Source: Candidatus Cloacimonadales bacterium
Lineage (GTDB): Bacteria; Cloacimonadota; Cloacimonadia; Cloacimonadales; JAFGVF01
Direction: 5' to 3'
Assembly (NCBI GenBank): GCA_963677495.2
Contig: CAXXOU010000004.1
Coordinates: forward strand, 704,001-768,000
DNA length: 64,000 bases
In this document: positions 9,802-19,063 of the stretch, one piece after another
Layout: each line of letters opens with the position of its first letter
How positions within the stretch are numbered: position 1 is the stretch's first letter
The notes under the pieces: generated by a model
The model's database searches: none
What the model saw: only the letters and a program-made list of their open reading frames with translations
What the model was told of the DNA's origin: nothing
Made by a program: the position numbers and the translations under genes

Positions 9802-9859
9802 TATGTAATTATTGCATAAAACATCTTGACTAATATGTAGTATTTACATATTTATGTAA
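9802..9859. promoter_or_regulatory. Immunity-region operators TATGTA(A/G)-N3-TT(A/G)CATA and rightward -35 TTGACT (9826-9831)
   Basis: Imperfect palindromes at 9802-9818 and 9834-9850 plus half-site 9853-9859, between the divergent cI and early genes. Confidence 0.65.
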
Positions 9860-9921
9860 CTGTATCTACAAAAGCAGAGAGTGAGAAAAAAGTCAAGAAG
9901 ATAAAATGAGGAGGAATCCGA

Positions 9922-10116
9922 ATGAAGAATGGAGAAGCGAAAATTGAGAAAGATCATCCACTTGAGAAGCTTAGTGATAAGCTTTGTGCTCTTGTTAGTC
10001 ATTGCGATGGAGACTGCGGATGTTGCCCTGTCGGGATAAGCAACCTTGAGAAGAATATAGAAGATGCTGGTTATATACATCGAAGCAAGTTACAGACGGA
10101 GGCACTTGATGACTAA
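9922..10116 (+). CDS. Small Cys-rich early phage protein
   Basis: GAGGAGG RBS; HCDGDCGCCP. Confidence 0.6.
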   Translation: MKNGEAKIEKDHPLEKLSDKLCALVSHCDGDCGCCPVGISNLEKNIEDAGYIHRSKLQTEALDD

Positions 10117-10408
10117 AAGACAATTCAAATACACACCGGGACAGGTAAAGGCAGCTATTATGCTCCGAGAGGGAAAGTACTCACCTTCCTGGATTAGTTT
10201 TAAGCTACATGATCTCAGGATTGCCAAGGTTGGAGCACAGATGGTGAGTCAGGTGGTTAATGGTAACAGATTCAATTCTAAAGTTGTCGCTTGGATTGAG
10301 GAAGAGTTCGCAGATGAGTTAGCGGTTGTTAGTAAACAGGACGCAATTCCCCGAACTCCCGATGGTCGTAATGGTGACCGCTCCGATAGTGTTGGGGGTG
10401 CTGTATGA
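10109..10408 (+). CDS. Ner/Cro-like transcriptional regulator with repeat-derived C-terminal tail
   Basis: VKAAIMLR...MVSQVVNG HTH-like pattern; position opposite cI; GGAGG RBS. Confidence 0.55.
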   Translation: MTKRQFKYTPGQVKAAIMLREGKYSPSWISFKLHDLRIAKVGAQMVSQVVNGNRFNSKVVAWIEEEFADELAVVSKQDAIPRTPDGRNGDRSDSVGGAV

Positions 10409-10644
10409 TATATGCTTATGGTATCATTGCATTCTTACTGATTCTCTTAGTAAGAAGCTTACTGGTTGAGTTTAGGCTTCGAGGACGTTATCAAGATAAG
10501 ATTCTTGAGATTGAATCATATCGTCGTGAGATTTCACGAATCCAGCAGAAAGTCGAAAAGGCACATAGTGAGTTTATGGGTGGAAAACCTGTTACAAGCT
10601 TCTCTAGGTCATCGCAGATTAAGGCTAATGGTGGGGTGGAATGA
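10405..10644 (+). CDS. Small membrane-anchored phage protein
   Basis: N-terminal TM helix; ATGA overlap with neighbours. Confidence 0.6.
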   Translation: MIYAYGIIAFLLILLVRSLLVEFRLRGRYQDKILEIESYRREISRIQQKVEKAHSEFMGGKPVTSFSRSSQIKANGGVE

Positions 10645-10994
10645 TGAAGAAAAGAACCACCATTCCCAACATCATGGAATTACGAGAGGGGAATAACGAG
10701 CGAGACACTCATTCTACAGGTAAGACTAAGAAAGAACTGAATGTGAAGCGTGAGAAGATGAGCCTTCCTGAGTTTGTAGCAGCTATAAAAGCAACTACTA
10801 AGCTCAATGTTAAGTTTACTCAAAGGGGATTCGTTACCGGGTTCAGAGAGGTTGTTTATATTCAAGTGCATTATAATCCCATTGAGGGCATGTACAAAGT
10901 GTTTATGGCAGCCGGAGAGCATTACATCGAATGGAATCACAACATCATTTTTACTAATCAAATCAGAACAATATATTCCGGATGGAGGGGATAA
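10641..10994 (+). CDS. Hypothetical phage protein
   Basis: ORF coupled to both neighbours. Confidence 0.55.
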   Translation: MMKKRTTIPNIMELREGNNERDTHSTGKTKKELNVKREKMSLPEFVAAIKATTKLNVKFTQRGFVTGFREVVYIQVHYNPIEGMYKVFMAAGEHYIEWNHNIIFTNQIRTIYSGWRG

Positions 10995-11641
10995 TGGAAC
11001 AAGTAATAGTTAATAATGAACAAGCTATAGCTACAGAAGTATATAATCAGTTAAGAGAGAAAATAAGCACAACATGTTTAGCATCTGCAGATAGCTTAAG
11101 AATGCTACTCAATGGTTTAGGTTTTTATCATAAGAGTGAGTTTCCTGAAGCAAAAATTGAGTATTTCGAAGATCCAGGTTCAGGAGAATCAGTAGGTGTT
11201 CAGCTTGTTATTGATAATGGAAGACCATATACAGGGATTGGCAGTGACGTAGTGGACACAGTTGACGGTAGTGAACAAGAGAGTAATCCTTCAACTCAGA
11301 TCAGGAAGCCAATAGTTACAATTGATGATGAGGATATCTCAGATATGTTCTATCAACGACTTGCGATTTTGAAAGCCAATTTCGAAGTAAACCAATTAGA
11401 AGCTACAAGAGATCTAATCAAAAAAAAGGGGATATTCAAACCAGATTTCACTGTATTAGATTTCTATAGACTGAGCTCATCATCTGGTGGAGCTGCCTTA
11501 AACTTATTGAATATGGTCATTGGGGATTTGTTGGAAGACGCTGACTCAGTATCTACTTGCGAAGGTTACAATGAAGTGAACCTCCTTCCCGGTGAAGCAA
11601 ATAAGAAACAACCAAATAAAGATATATCGTCCCATCGATAA
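10994..11641 (+). CDS. Hypothetical acidic phage protein
   Basis: GGAGGGG RBS, TAATG overlap. Confidence 0.6.
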   Translation: MEQVIVNNEQAIATEVYNQLREKISTTCLASADSLRMLLNGLGFYHKSEFPEAKIEYFEDPGSGESVGVQLVIDNGRPYTGIGSDVVDTVDGSEQESNPSTQIRKPIVTIDDEDISDMFYQRLAILKANFEVNQLEATRDLIKKKGIFKPDFTVLDFYRLSSSSGGAALNLLNMVIGDLLEDADSVSTCEGYNEVNLLPGEANKKQPNKDISSHR

Positions 11642-11736
11642 TACGTAACCAACCCTCATGGTCTGAACCATTCGCAAGGTCAAGACCATTCCGAAGGTGA
11701 CCATGGGGGCTATTACGTATTACGATTGGAGAAAAT

Positions 11737-14163
11737 ATGAAGATTTGGAAAAGCACTAAGGAAGCTGCTGAACTGATGAACACAACCGAAAGGACAATTC
11801 AAAGACGAGCTAAGTCCGGGATGCTTGAAAGCCGGGATGGATTGAGTTCGAAAGGACGGAAAAGGCTTGAGGTACTTGTTGAGGTTGATGATCAACCTCA
11901 ACAGCCTAAAGCTGATAGTCTAGAGCCTAAAGCTGAAGGGAACCACCCCGCCGTAAGTTGCTCGCTTCCAGCTTGCGAGCTCCCTGCGGTCGGTTCACGG
12001 CACCCCTCCACAGAGGGGAATCAGGAGCAACAGCCTATAGCTGATAGCCTAAAGCCTATAGTTGAGAACCAGGGAGATGCAGGCAGGGATGCCTGCGTAC
12101 GTAGCTCAAGCGAAGGTGGACAGGACGCATCTACACAGTTGATGCACTCCAAAGACAAGCAAGCTGTATGCCCTACGGAATCAGAGGACTTTGTTGGACG
12201 GGACGCAATTCCCCGAACTCCCGTTGGTCGTAATGGTGACCGCTTCGAAATAGCAACACCTGCTGAGAAGGATGAGGAGAAAGCTTTTAAGGAATGCTCT
12301 CAATCCGAGAGGGAGCAAGCTTGGGCAAAGCTTCAGATTGTGAAGCTCTGGAATGATTTCAGATCAGCTAAGAAGGTTGAAGGTATGTCTAAGACAGAAA
12401 GCTCTAAGTTCTGGGATTCTCGCAGTAGCATTCTTGCCGGGAAACAGCTTCAGGTACTTGGGATTCAGGAAATCAAGTCTAAGACCATCTATAAGTGGAG
12501 TAAGGAACTGAAGGAATCCGGGCATATCAATTATCCGGTTGCTTTGATTCCTAACAGGCACTCATCCGGTCGCAAGAGCAAGGTTCCTGATGAAGTACTC
12601 TTCAGGATTAGGCAATTAGCTGCAGATCCCAGAGAGTTGAGAGCAAGCCATATCTATAAGATTCTTCTTAGTGAACACCCGGATAGTTTCTCTTTCCCAT
12701 GCTCCAGAAGAACAGTTACAAGGTTCGTGGCACAGGCTCGTGCTGATAGAGTACTTGTCTCACTTGGTAAAGGCAAGAAGGCTTATAAGAACAATGTGAG
12801 AGTTCATATTAAGCGTGTCAATGACAACATACCCGGAAAGCACTATGTTGGTGATGGTCGTCCTCATGACTTTATGGTATACTCTCCTTGGAGACATCAT
12901 GCTTCTGAGAATCTAAGACTCTTAGTAAGACCTTACGCAACAATGTGGGTTGATGCTGCAACCGGGTTGATTGTTGGTTATACAGCAAGCTATTCAGAAT
13001 CTACTCACACAGTTCTTAACTCCTTATCCAGAGCAATAAAAGCATGGGGAGTGCCTGAACGAATCACTGTTGATAACGGAAAATCTTACCAGAATTACTA
13101 CAATGATCCGTACTACTTCCTGAACAATCGAAAAGAGAATTCATCTCCATGGAAAAAGGCAAAGGGCTTTATAGATCAAGGTCAAGTGGGAGCATATAGA
13201 AAGGTTGGTATTGAGAAGATAACCTACTCCATTCCCGGTAATCCTGAATCAAAGCAGATTGAAGCCATCTGGAACTACGTATTTGAGGACTTTGAACGTT
13301 CACAGGCTATCTATTTAGGTAAATCACCAGAAAAGCGAATGGAAGCCCTTAATATGCCCACAATCAAGCTAATTGAGAAGTATGGGGATATGATACCTAA
13401 TTGGGACGAGTTTATTCAACAGATCAATGCAAGGATTCAGGAATGGAATAGCTCCAAGCGTGCAGTTCTTAAAAGTGCTGATGGTAATATGATGAGTCCA
13501 TTAGAGGTGATGGAATACTTCAAAGATGAAATCCAGATACCTAATCCGGGTTTCATTGATGAGTGGTTATCTGTTCCGGTGGAAGCTAAGGTTCAAAGGG
13601 ATGGAATCTACTGTGCCGGGAACTGGTACCAGCACAGGCAAAGTAAAGTCCATCTTAATAAAAAGTGCTTAGTGTTGTTTGATGAAATGGCACCTGAGAC
13701 TGCTCAGATTATGACTGAGAATGGTCAACTTTGGGAGGGCTTAGCAGAGCTTTATGTTCCCGGATCATACGTTGAAGAGGAGCAGATTCAAAAAGCAATT
13801 AGTACAGCTCGAAGTCTTGAAAAACAGGGCTTAGCAGTCTATGCAGGTGTTCGCTCTCGTATACCAGGTAAGCTTGATCAGAAAGAGGTCAATAAGATAG
13901 CTAAGAATACCGTCCTTGAAATTGAGGGTGATGCACATAAGAGACGAGAACGAATCAAAGATACAGGGAAAGAACGTCTATCAATTCCAAAAAGAAGCAA
14001 ATCACCTGAAGGTTCCGGTGTTGAACCAACACCTGACTGGAAGGAACTATTAAAAGAGATTGAAGTACCGGAAACAGAAGTGCAACCGGAAGAACCAAAG
14101 AATACAGAAGAGGATGCAATCCTCGCTACAATTGAAGGTAAATCAAATTATAGGGGGCTTTAA
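11737..14163 (+). CDS. MuA-like DDE transposase
   Basis: N-terminal HTH (STKEAAELMNTTERTIQRRAK); YVGDG, TVDNGKSY and PGNPESKQIE catalytic motifs; C-terminal VQRDGI beta-barrel. Confidence 0.9.
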   Translation: MKIWKSTKEAAELMNTTERTIQRRAKSGMLESRDGLSSKGRKRLEVLVEVDDQPQQPKADSLEPKAEGNHPAVSCSLPACELPAVGSRHPSTEGNQEQQPIADSLKPIVENQGDAGRDACVRSSSEGGQDASTQLMHSKDKQAVCPTESEDFVGRDAIPRTPVGRNGDRFEIATPAEKDEEKAFKECSQSEREQAWAKLQIVKLWNDFRSAKKVEGMSKTESSKFWDSRSSILAGKQLQVLGIQEIKSKTIYKWSKELKESGHINYPVALIPNRHSSGRKSKVPDEVLFRIRQLAADPRELRASHIYKILLSEHPDSFSFPCSRRTVTRFVAQARADRVLVSLGKGKKAYKNNVRVHIKRVNDNIPGKHYVGDGRPHDFMVYSPWRHHASENLRLLVRPYATMWVDAATGLIVGYTASYSESTHTVLNSLSRAIKAWGVPERITVDNGKSYQNYYNDPYYFLNNRKENSSPWKKAKGFIDQGQVGAYRKVGIEKITYSIPGNPESKQIEAIWNYVFEDFERSQAIYLGKSPEKRMEALNMPTIKLIEKYGDMIPNWDEFIQQINARIQEWNSSKRAVLKSADGNMMSPLEVMEYFKDEIQIPNPGFIDEWLSVPVEAKVQRDGIYCAGNWYQHRQSKVHLNKKCLVLFDEMAPETAQIMTENGQLWEGLAELYVPGSYVEEEQIQKAISTARSLEKQGLAVYAGVRSRIPGKLDQKEVNKIAKNTVLEIEGDAHKRRERIKDTGKERLSIPKRSKSPEGSGVEPTPDWKELLKEIEVPETEVQPEEPKNTEEDAILATIEGKSNYRGL

Positions 14164-14166
14164 GCA

Positions 14167-14862
14167 ATGAAGAGCAACGTAATAGTACCTATATTCAACA
14201 CAAGAGAAGCAGCAGCAAAAGTGAAAGAACTGCAAACAAGACCTAAGGCAGATGTTCCCGGGTTAGCCTGCATGTATGGTTGTCCCGGTCTTGGAAAGTC
14301 TTATTGGTCTGAGAGCTATGCATCACAGAACAATCACATTTGGATCAGAATGAAAGAAGCTGAAACAGCTAAGGGCTTTATGTCCAGATTGCTCAAACGC
14401 TTGGTGTATCGTGATGAAGGTCAAAACAGGAACATCTCAGGTTCAACAGATGAGATATACAAAGAGTGTGAGGAGATTCTTCAGCGTAATCCTGATTGGG
14501 TAGTGTTTATTGATGAAGTGGATAGAGCTCTTGGTGGTCGCAAAACTAAGGTTCTTGAGATGATTAGAGACCTTGCTGACTGTACTTATGCAAGCTATAT
14601 CCTGATTGGAATGGAGCATCTTCGCAGGTTAATCCAGAAGTACTCAGCTCATTATTTTGATAGATGTTACTTCTTCTATGAATTCAGACCTGCAACTTCT
14701 GAAGAGATGAAGGCGATTATAGAAGCAAAGATAGATTACAGTGCATCTGATAAGGTCGTTCAGGCAACGATGGAAAAGTCAGGTGGTACATTGCGAAAGA
14801 GTATCAAGCTCATGGTGGATATGGAGGAAGCTAGAAATGTCCGTAGAAACAGCCAAAAATAG
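14167..14862 (+). CDS. MuB-like AAA+ transposition ATPase
   Basis: GCPGLGKS Walker A, VFIDEVD Walker B, IRDLAD and ILIGM; follows the transposase. Confidence 0.9.
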   Translation: MKSNVIVPIFNTREAAAKVKELQTRPKADVPGLACMYGCPGLGKSYWSESYASQNNHIWIRMKEAETAKGFMSRLLKRLVYRDEGQNRNISGSTDEIYKECEEILQRNPDWVVFIDEVDRALGGRKTKVLEMIRDLADCTYASYILIGMEHLRRLIQKYSAHYFDRCYFFYEFRPATSEEMKAIIEAKIDYSASDKVVQATMEKSGGTLRKSIKLMVDMEEARNVRRNSQK

Positions 14863-15274
14863 ACTCAGAGACTTCGCTGTGATGAATGAAACTCCCTTCA
14901 CAATCTCCAGAGCTGCATTAGTTACCGGATACAGTATGTCCTGTGTATCCAGGAACCTTGCTGTTCTTAAGAAAGAGGGGTTTGTGCGTGAAATCGAAAC
15001 CGGAACAAGATTCAAGTCCTTTGTAGTAGAGAAAGAGATTCTACCTAAGAAAATGGAGCAGTTAACGGAACGTGTGTTCACTGAGATCCAGAATCAGAAT
15101 TTTGTAAGTAAAGAGATAGCTGAAAAGCTTAAGTGCAGTGTGGATAGAGTTTATAGGTGCCTTAAAGTACTTGAGCGTAGAGGAAGGGTAGAGGTTATCG
15201 TTAAGAAGAATGGCAAGATTACTGTGGCAAGACTTCCTAAGTATGATGCCATCCCGGAGGTAAGTAATGTCTAA
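14837..15274 (+). CDS. Tandem winged-HTH DNA-binding protein
   Basis: Two HTH-like segments (SCVSRNLAVLKKEG; EIAEKLKCSVDRVYRCLKVLERRG). Confidence 0.7.
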   Translation: MSVETAKNRLRDFAVMNETPFTISRAALVTGYSMSCVSRNLAVLKKEGFVREIETGTRFKSFVVEKEILPKKMEQLTERVFTEIQNQNFVSKEIAEKLKCSVDRVYRCLKVLERRGRVEVIVKKNGKITVARLPKYDAIPEVSNV

Positions 15275-15608
15275 CGTAGTTAAGGACGTACTCCAGAAGG
15301 CTATTGATACCAGGCAACGCAAGTTGGATAAGATAATTGAAGAGCAAGAGCATGATTGGTTCGAAGATATGAAGGCTGAGAGAGAGCGATATAATGAGTA
15401 TGTAAAGAAGTTCAACTCAAGCACCGTAGAGCAAAAACTGGAGCTAATAGATGAGGTCTTAAAGCAAAATCAAATCACTCAGAAAGCATATCAACTATGG
15501 ATCAAAGATAGAGGTTATCTCTGGGATAAACGTGCTGTGATTGAGAAAGAGGTTAGCAAACTAAAAAATGCTTTATATATACTTACACACAGAGGTTACC
15601 ATGAATAA
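15267..15608 (+). CDS. Hypothetical phage protein
   Basis: GGAGG RBS, coupled ORF. Confidence 0.6.
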   Translation: MSNVVKDVLQKAIDTRQRKLDKIIEEQEHDWFEDMKAERERYNEYVKKFNSSTVEQKLELIDEVLKQNQITQKAYQLWIKDRGYLWDKRAVIEKEVSKLKNALYILTHRGYHE

Positions 15609-15972
15609 AGAACAATATGCTAAGAATCTCCGTAGTAGGATAGTAGCAAATATAAAGCACAATTTCAATGTAGATCACCATGAGTTACTGGAGGAGTGGG
15701 GATACGGTTCCTCACTCCGGAAAATTCGGGATATAGATGTCCTGAAGGAGATCCTCTTTGTGGCTCAAGGTGGAACAATTCAAAGTCAGAGCATAGGCTC
15801 TCTGGATGAGCAGGGACGCTATGCGTGGGCTCTTATGAAAGAAGCAGGTTGGGATACTCGCAGATTGAGATCCCTGATGATCAAGAAGTGTGGTGTTGGT
15901 ACTTGGAAGCAACTCTCTACTTCAGAGAAAAAGCAAGTGATACAGATACTGAAGAGCTATCAGCAGAGCTGA
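15601..15972 (+). CDS. GemA/gp16-like (DUF1018-like) protein
   Basis: C-terminal LRSLMIKKCGV..WKQLS..EKKQVIQILK resembles Mu GemA; typical position. Confidence 0.55.
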   Translation: MNKEQYAKNLRSRIVANIKHNFNVDHHELLEEWGYGSSLRKIRDIDVLKEILFVAQGGTIQSQSIGSLDEQGRYAWALMKEAGWDTRRLRSLMIKKCGVGTWKQLSTSEKKQVIQILKSYQQS

Positions 15973-16069
15973 AATGTTTAATTATGAATGCAAAATGATG
16001 AATGAAAAGAACCACCCCACCGTTTCCAACGGCACCCCTCCACAGAGGGGAATTAAGATAGGAGGATAG

Positions 16070-16255
16070 ATGGAAGTTAGCGTTTGGAACATAGTTTACT
16101 CAGGAGCAGATGACAAAGATGTCACTGTCAGTGTAATAGCAGAAGATTTCGAGAAAGTAGCAGCATACATCCATACAAAGGTGTGGGCAACCACGGTGAA
16201 GGATGTGTACTATAATGGACGGATGGATTGTTTGATTAAGGATTTTAGAGGATAG
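16070..16255 (+). CDS. Hypothetical phage protein
   Basis: GGAGGA RBS. Confidence 0.55.
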   Translation: MEVSVWNIVYSGADDKDVTVSVIAEDFEKVAAYIHTKVWATTVKDVYYNGRMDCLIKDFRG

Positions 16256-16256
16256 T

Positions 16257-16463
16257 ATGGCAAAAGAGCAACAAGAGGACTGGATAGTTACTCAAAAGGA
16301 AGAGGACGACGCTCTGAAAGCACGGAAGGAGTCTGCATTTATGGAGATGCTATTTGCTAGTGCTGAGCCGGAACAGTATAAGAAAAGCTTAGCTGAACAG
16401 AAACAGAAGCAAACAGAGACTAATAGAGATAAACAGGGTTCGAACCCTGCTGGTAAGGAGTAA
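16257..16463 (+). CDS. Hypothetical phage protein
   Basis: GAGGA RBS, operon spacing. Confidence 0.55.
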   Translation: MAKEQQEDWIVTQKEEDDALKARKESAFMEMLFASAEPEQYKKSLAEQKQKQTETNRDKQGSNPAGKE

Positions 16464-16467
16464 AAAT

Positions 16468-17109
16468 ATGGCTAACTTAGTGAAAATCAAAGGTAAGAAT
16501 CACTGGATTAATGCTGAAGGTAATCCGGTAGAAGTATCACGTATATTCCCTGAAGAGAAAGCCAGGGAAAGAGTTGTACATAAGGTGTTTAAAAAGGTCT
16601 CTAGAACTTCTGTTGTGCTTAAGAAAGCTCATGAAGAGATCTGGAATACAGTCGATGATTATCTTCAAAAGTTAGCTGAAGAGCATGGTGAGACTTGGCA
16701 AGGTAATGCACAGATCATGTCATTTGATCAAACACAAAAGATTGATGTCAAAGTGACAAAGTACATCGGATTCAACGAGCATTTCCAGTTAGCTGAGAAG
16801 AAGATTCTTCGCTTTATCGAAGAGGTGACTGAAGGTCTTAATGGTGATGTTGTGGAGTTGATTCGTGGTGCCTTTCAACGAGATAAGAAAGGTCAAATTG
16901 ATTCCAAGAAGATCCTTGGTTTAAAGAGACTTAATATCAAATCTAAGATCTGGGCTGAAGCTATGGAGTTGATTGATAAGTCTATCTACGTGAAGAGTTC
17001 AAAGCGTTATATCAACTTCTATATCCGTGATCAGGATGGTAAGTGGGAAGTTGTTCCTCTTAACTTCAGTGCTTTGAAGGTTGTGGAGGTTGAAGATGAA
17101 AAAGAGTAA
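16468..17109 (+). CDS. DUF3164 family protein of Mu-like phages
   Basis: SFDQTQKI, AFQRDKKG, LKRLNI..W..AM and YINFY.RD..G.W....LNFS patterns. Confidence 0.8.
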   Translation: MANLVKIKGKNHWINAEGNPVEVSRIFPEEKARERVVHKVFKKVSRTSVVLKKAHEEIWNTVDDYLQKLAEEHGETWQGNAQIMSFDQTQKIDVKVTKYIGFNEHFQLAEKKILRFIEEVTEGLNGDVVELIRGAFQRDKKGQIDSKKILGLKRLNIKSKIWAEAMELIDKSIYVKSSKRYINFYIRDQDGKWEVVPLNFSALKVVEVEDEKE

Positions 17110-17509
17110 ACAGAGACCTGCAGGGACTGACAAAGACATTCAGGAGCAGAAGAAGTGGACTGCGAAGTACTTCAAGCGTGAAGAGTTTGCTTGTACTTGT
17201 TGTGGAGAAGTGAAGATAGACCAGGAAATGGTGAATATGTTAGATTATGCAAGACGCATTGCTAAGACACCATTCTCAATCAATTCCGGTTATCGTTGTC
17301 CTAAGCACAATGCTGAAGTTGGAGGAAAGGAGACTTCAAGCCATTTAAAGGGCTATGCTGTGGATATTAAAGTAACATCAATGAGAAGCAGATTCAAGAT
17401 ACTATCTGCTTTGATGGATGCAGGCTTTGAGCGTATCGGTATCGCTAAGACCTTTATTCATGTGGACAATGATCCTGATAAGGGTCCTGAAGTTATTTGG
17501 ATGTATTGA
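17096..17509 (+). CDS. Peptidase M15A endolysin
   Basis: F..EEFACTCCG, SGYRCPKHN..VGG, SSHLKGYAVD and FIHVD motifs. Confidence 0.9.
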   Translation: MKKSKQRPAGTDKDIQEQKKWTAKYFKREEFACTCCGEVKIDQEMVNMLDYARRIAKTPFSINSGYRCPKHNAEVGGKETSSHLKGYAVDIKVTSMRSRFKILSALMDAGFERIGIAKTFIHVDNDPDKGPEVIWMY

Positions 17510-17510
17510 T

Positions 17511-18248
17511 ATGACAAAAGAACAAGCTCAAGAGAAGATAAGTAAACTTCTGAAGCTTTCAGAATCTCCTAATCAAAATGAAGCCTTCGCAGCTCTTGCG
17601 AAGGCTCAGGAGATTGCTTTGAAGTTTGGGTTGGAGATGAAAAAACTCAAAGCTGAAGTTCTTGAAAAGACGATTCAATCACATTATAAAAACTTTCCGA
17701 AATGGTATCGACTTCTTCTTAGCGTTATTGCTCAGCACTTTAGATGTCGAGAGATGACAGTTCAAGGGTATAAACCGTGTACTGAATTTAGCGTACGAGG
17801 AAGTAAGTCCACACAAGTAAAGGTAGATGAAATCATCTTTATCGGTATGCCAAGTGATGTTGATATAGCAACTCAGTGTCTCCAATATAGCGTTAACTCA
17901 ATGAATAAGCTTTGGAGTGATTGGTATGAAGGCTATTCGAAAGGTACTAATACTGCAGTAAAAAGAACTAAAGAATGGAAAAACTATGTCTCGAAAGTTA
18001 AAAGGAATTATCGAGAAGGCTTTGGCATGGGGTTGAACGATGTTCTAACTCAGAACGAAGAACAGTATGGACTTGTAGTTGTTATCCCCTCCGAGGTTGA
18101 AGACTATTGCTCCGAAATGCATTCTGATGTTAGAATTTTAAAAGCAAGACAATCAAATGGAGAACTCATCAGCCAAGCTTATCGCAAAGGTTATAAAGAT
18201 GGATCTCAAACGAAACCTGAAACTATGCACACTATGATAGGTGGTTAG
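17511..18248 (+). CDS. DUF2786-domain protein
   Basis: KISKLLKLSESPNQNEAFAALAKAQ N-terminus; C-terminal AYRKGYKDG. Confidence 0.8.
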   Translation: MTKEQAQEKISKLLKLSESPNQNEAFAALAKAQEIALKFGLEMKKLKAEVLEKTIQSHYKNFPKWYRLLLSVIAQHFRCREMTVQGYKPCTEFSVRGSKSTQVKVDEIIFIGMPSDVDIATQCLQYSVNSMNKLWSDWYEGYSKGTNTAVKRTKEWKNYVSKVKRNYREGFGMGLNDVLTQNEEQYGLVVVIPSEVEDYCSEMHSDVRILKARQSNGELISQAYRKGYKDGSQTKPETMHTMIGG

Positions 18249-18249
18249 A

Positions 18250-18876
18250 ATGGCATTTCCTCGTGAGTTGTATGATGCATTGGCTGATTCAATCGGTAAG
18301 GATGTTGTGGATGGGAAGATCCGCAACCTTCTTACCCGGTTGAAGAAGAAAGCTGAGTCCGGTGAAGCACCTAAGCTAAATGAGCTTGAGGTTGCACGGG
18401 ATGTGATTCGTTTCTTTAATCAGGAGACCGGGGGAGCAATATCTGAGAAATCAGCTACTGCTCTCCGGTTGATTCGTTGTAGATTGAAAGATGGGTATAG
18501 TGCAGAAGATTTAAAGCACGTTGTGAGCTATAAAAACAAGCACTGGAAGGGAAACTCAGAGATGAAGGGGTTCATACGCCCTTTGACTCTGTTTGGCACG
18601 AAATTCGAGGGTTATTTGAGTGAGTATTCAAGATGGGAACAGGGACGTTCAAGGACTTGCACAGACAGGCAAGGACAACACCCCACCGTTTCCAACGGCA
18701 CCCCTCTACAAGAGGGGAATAAGCTTGATTGGAGATATGAGACAAATCTGGAACGGTTCGAAAGGATTCAAAGAGAAAGAGCTGAAGGTAAGGATCCTAA
18801 TCCTTCAGCTTTGAAGATTGATAAGAAAACAGGGAAAGTAATAAAAGAGGATATGGATGGCAGCAGAACTATTTAA
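18250..18876 (+). CDS. Conserved phage C-terminal domain (Phg_2220_C-like) protein
   Basis: RLKDGYSAEDLKHVV..K...W.....M..FIRPLTLFGTKFEGYL. Confidence 0.8.
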   Translation: MAFPRELYDALADSIGKDVVDGKIRNLLTRLKKKAESGEAPKLNELEVARDVIRFFNQETGGAISEKSATALRLIRCRLKDGYSAEDLKHVVSYKNKHWKGNSEMKGFIRPLTLFGTKFEGYLSEYSRWEQGRSRTCTDRQGQHPTVSNGTPLQEGNKLDWRYETNLERFERIQRERAEGKDPNPSALKIDKKTGKVIKEDMDGSRTI

Positions 18877-19063
18877 GAGAGATAGGTTGTATTCAGTTAA
18901 AGAGATTGCAGAGAAGCTTGATGTGTCAGAGAAAACTATTACCAGGGAGATTAACAACCCTGATACCGTACTTAAGAGTCACAAGATTCGTAGGACTGTG
19001 AGAGTTACAGGAGCTAGCTTAATAACTTATATGAAGAACTGTGAAATGGAGCCTTGGAAATGA
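18857..19063 (+). CDS. Excisionase/MerR-like HTH protein
   Basis: LYSVKEIAEKLDVSEKTITREI. Confidence 0.8.
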   Translation: MAAELFKRDRLYSVKEIAEKLDVSEKTITREINNPDTVLKSHKIRRTVRVTGASLITYMKNCEMEPWK

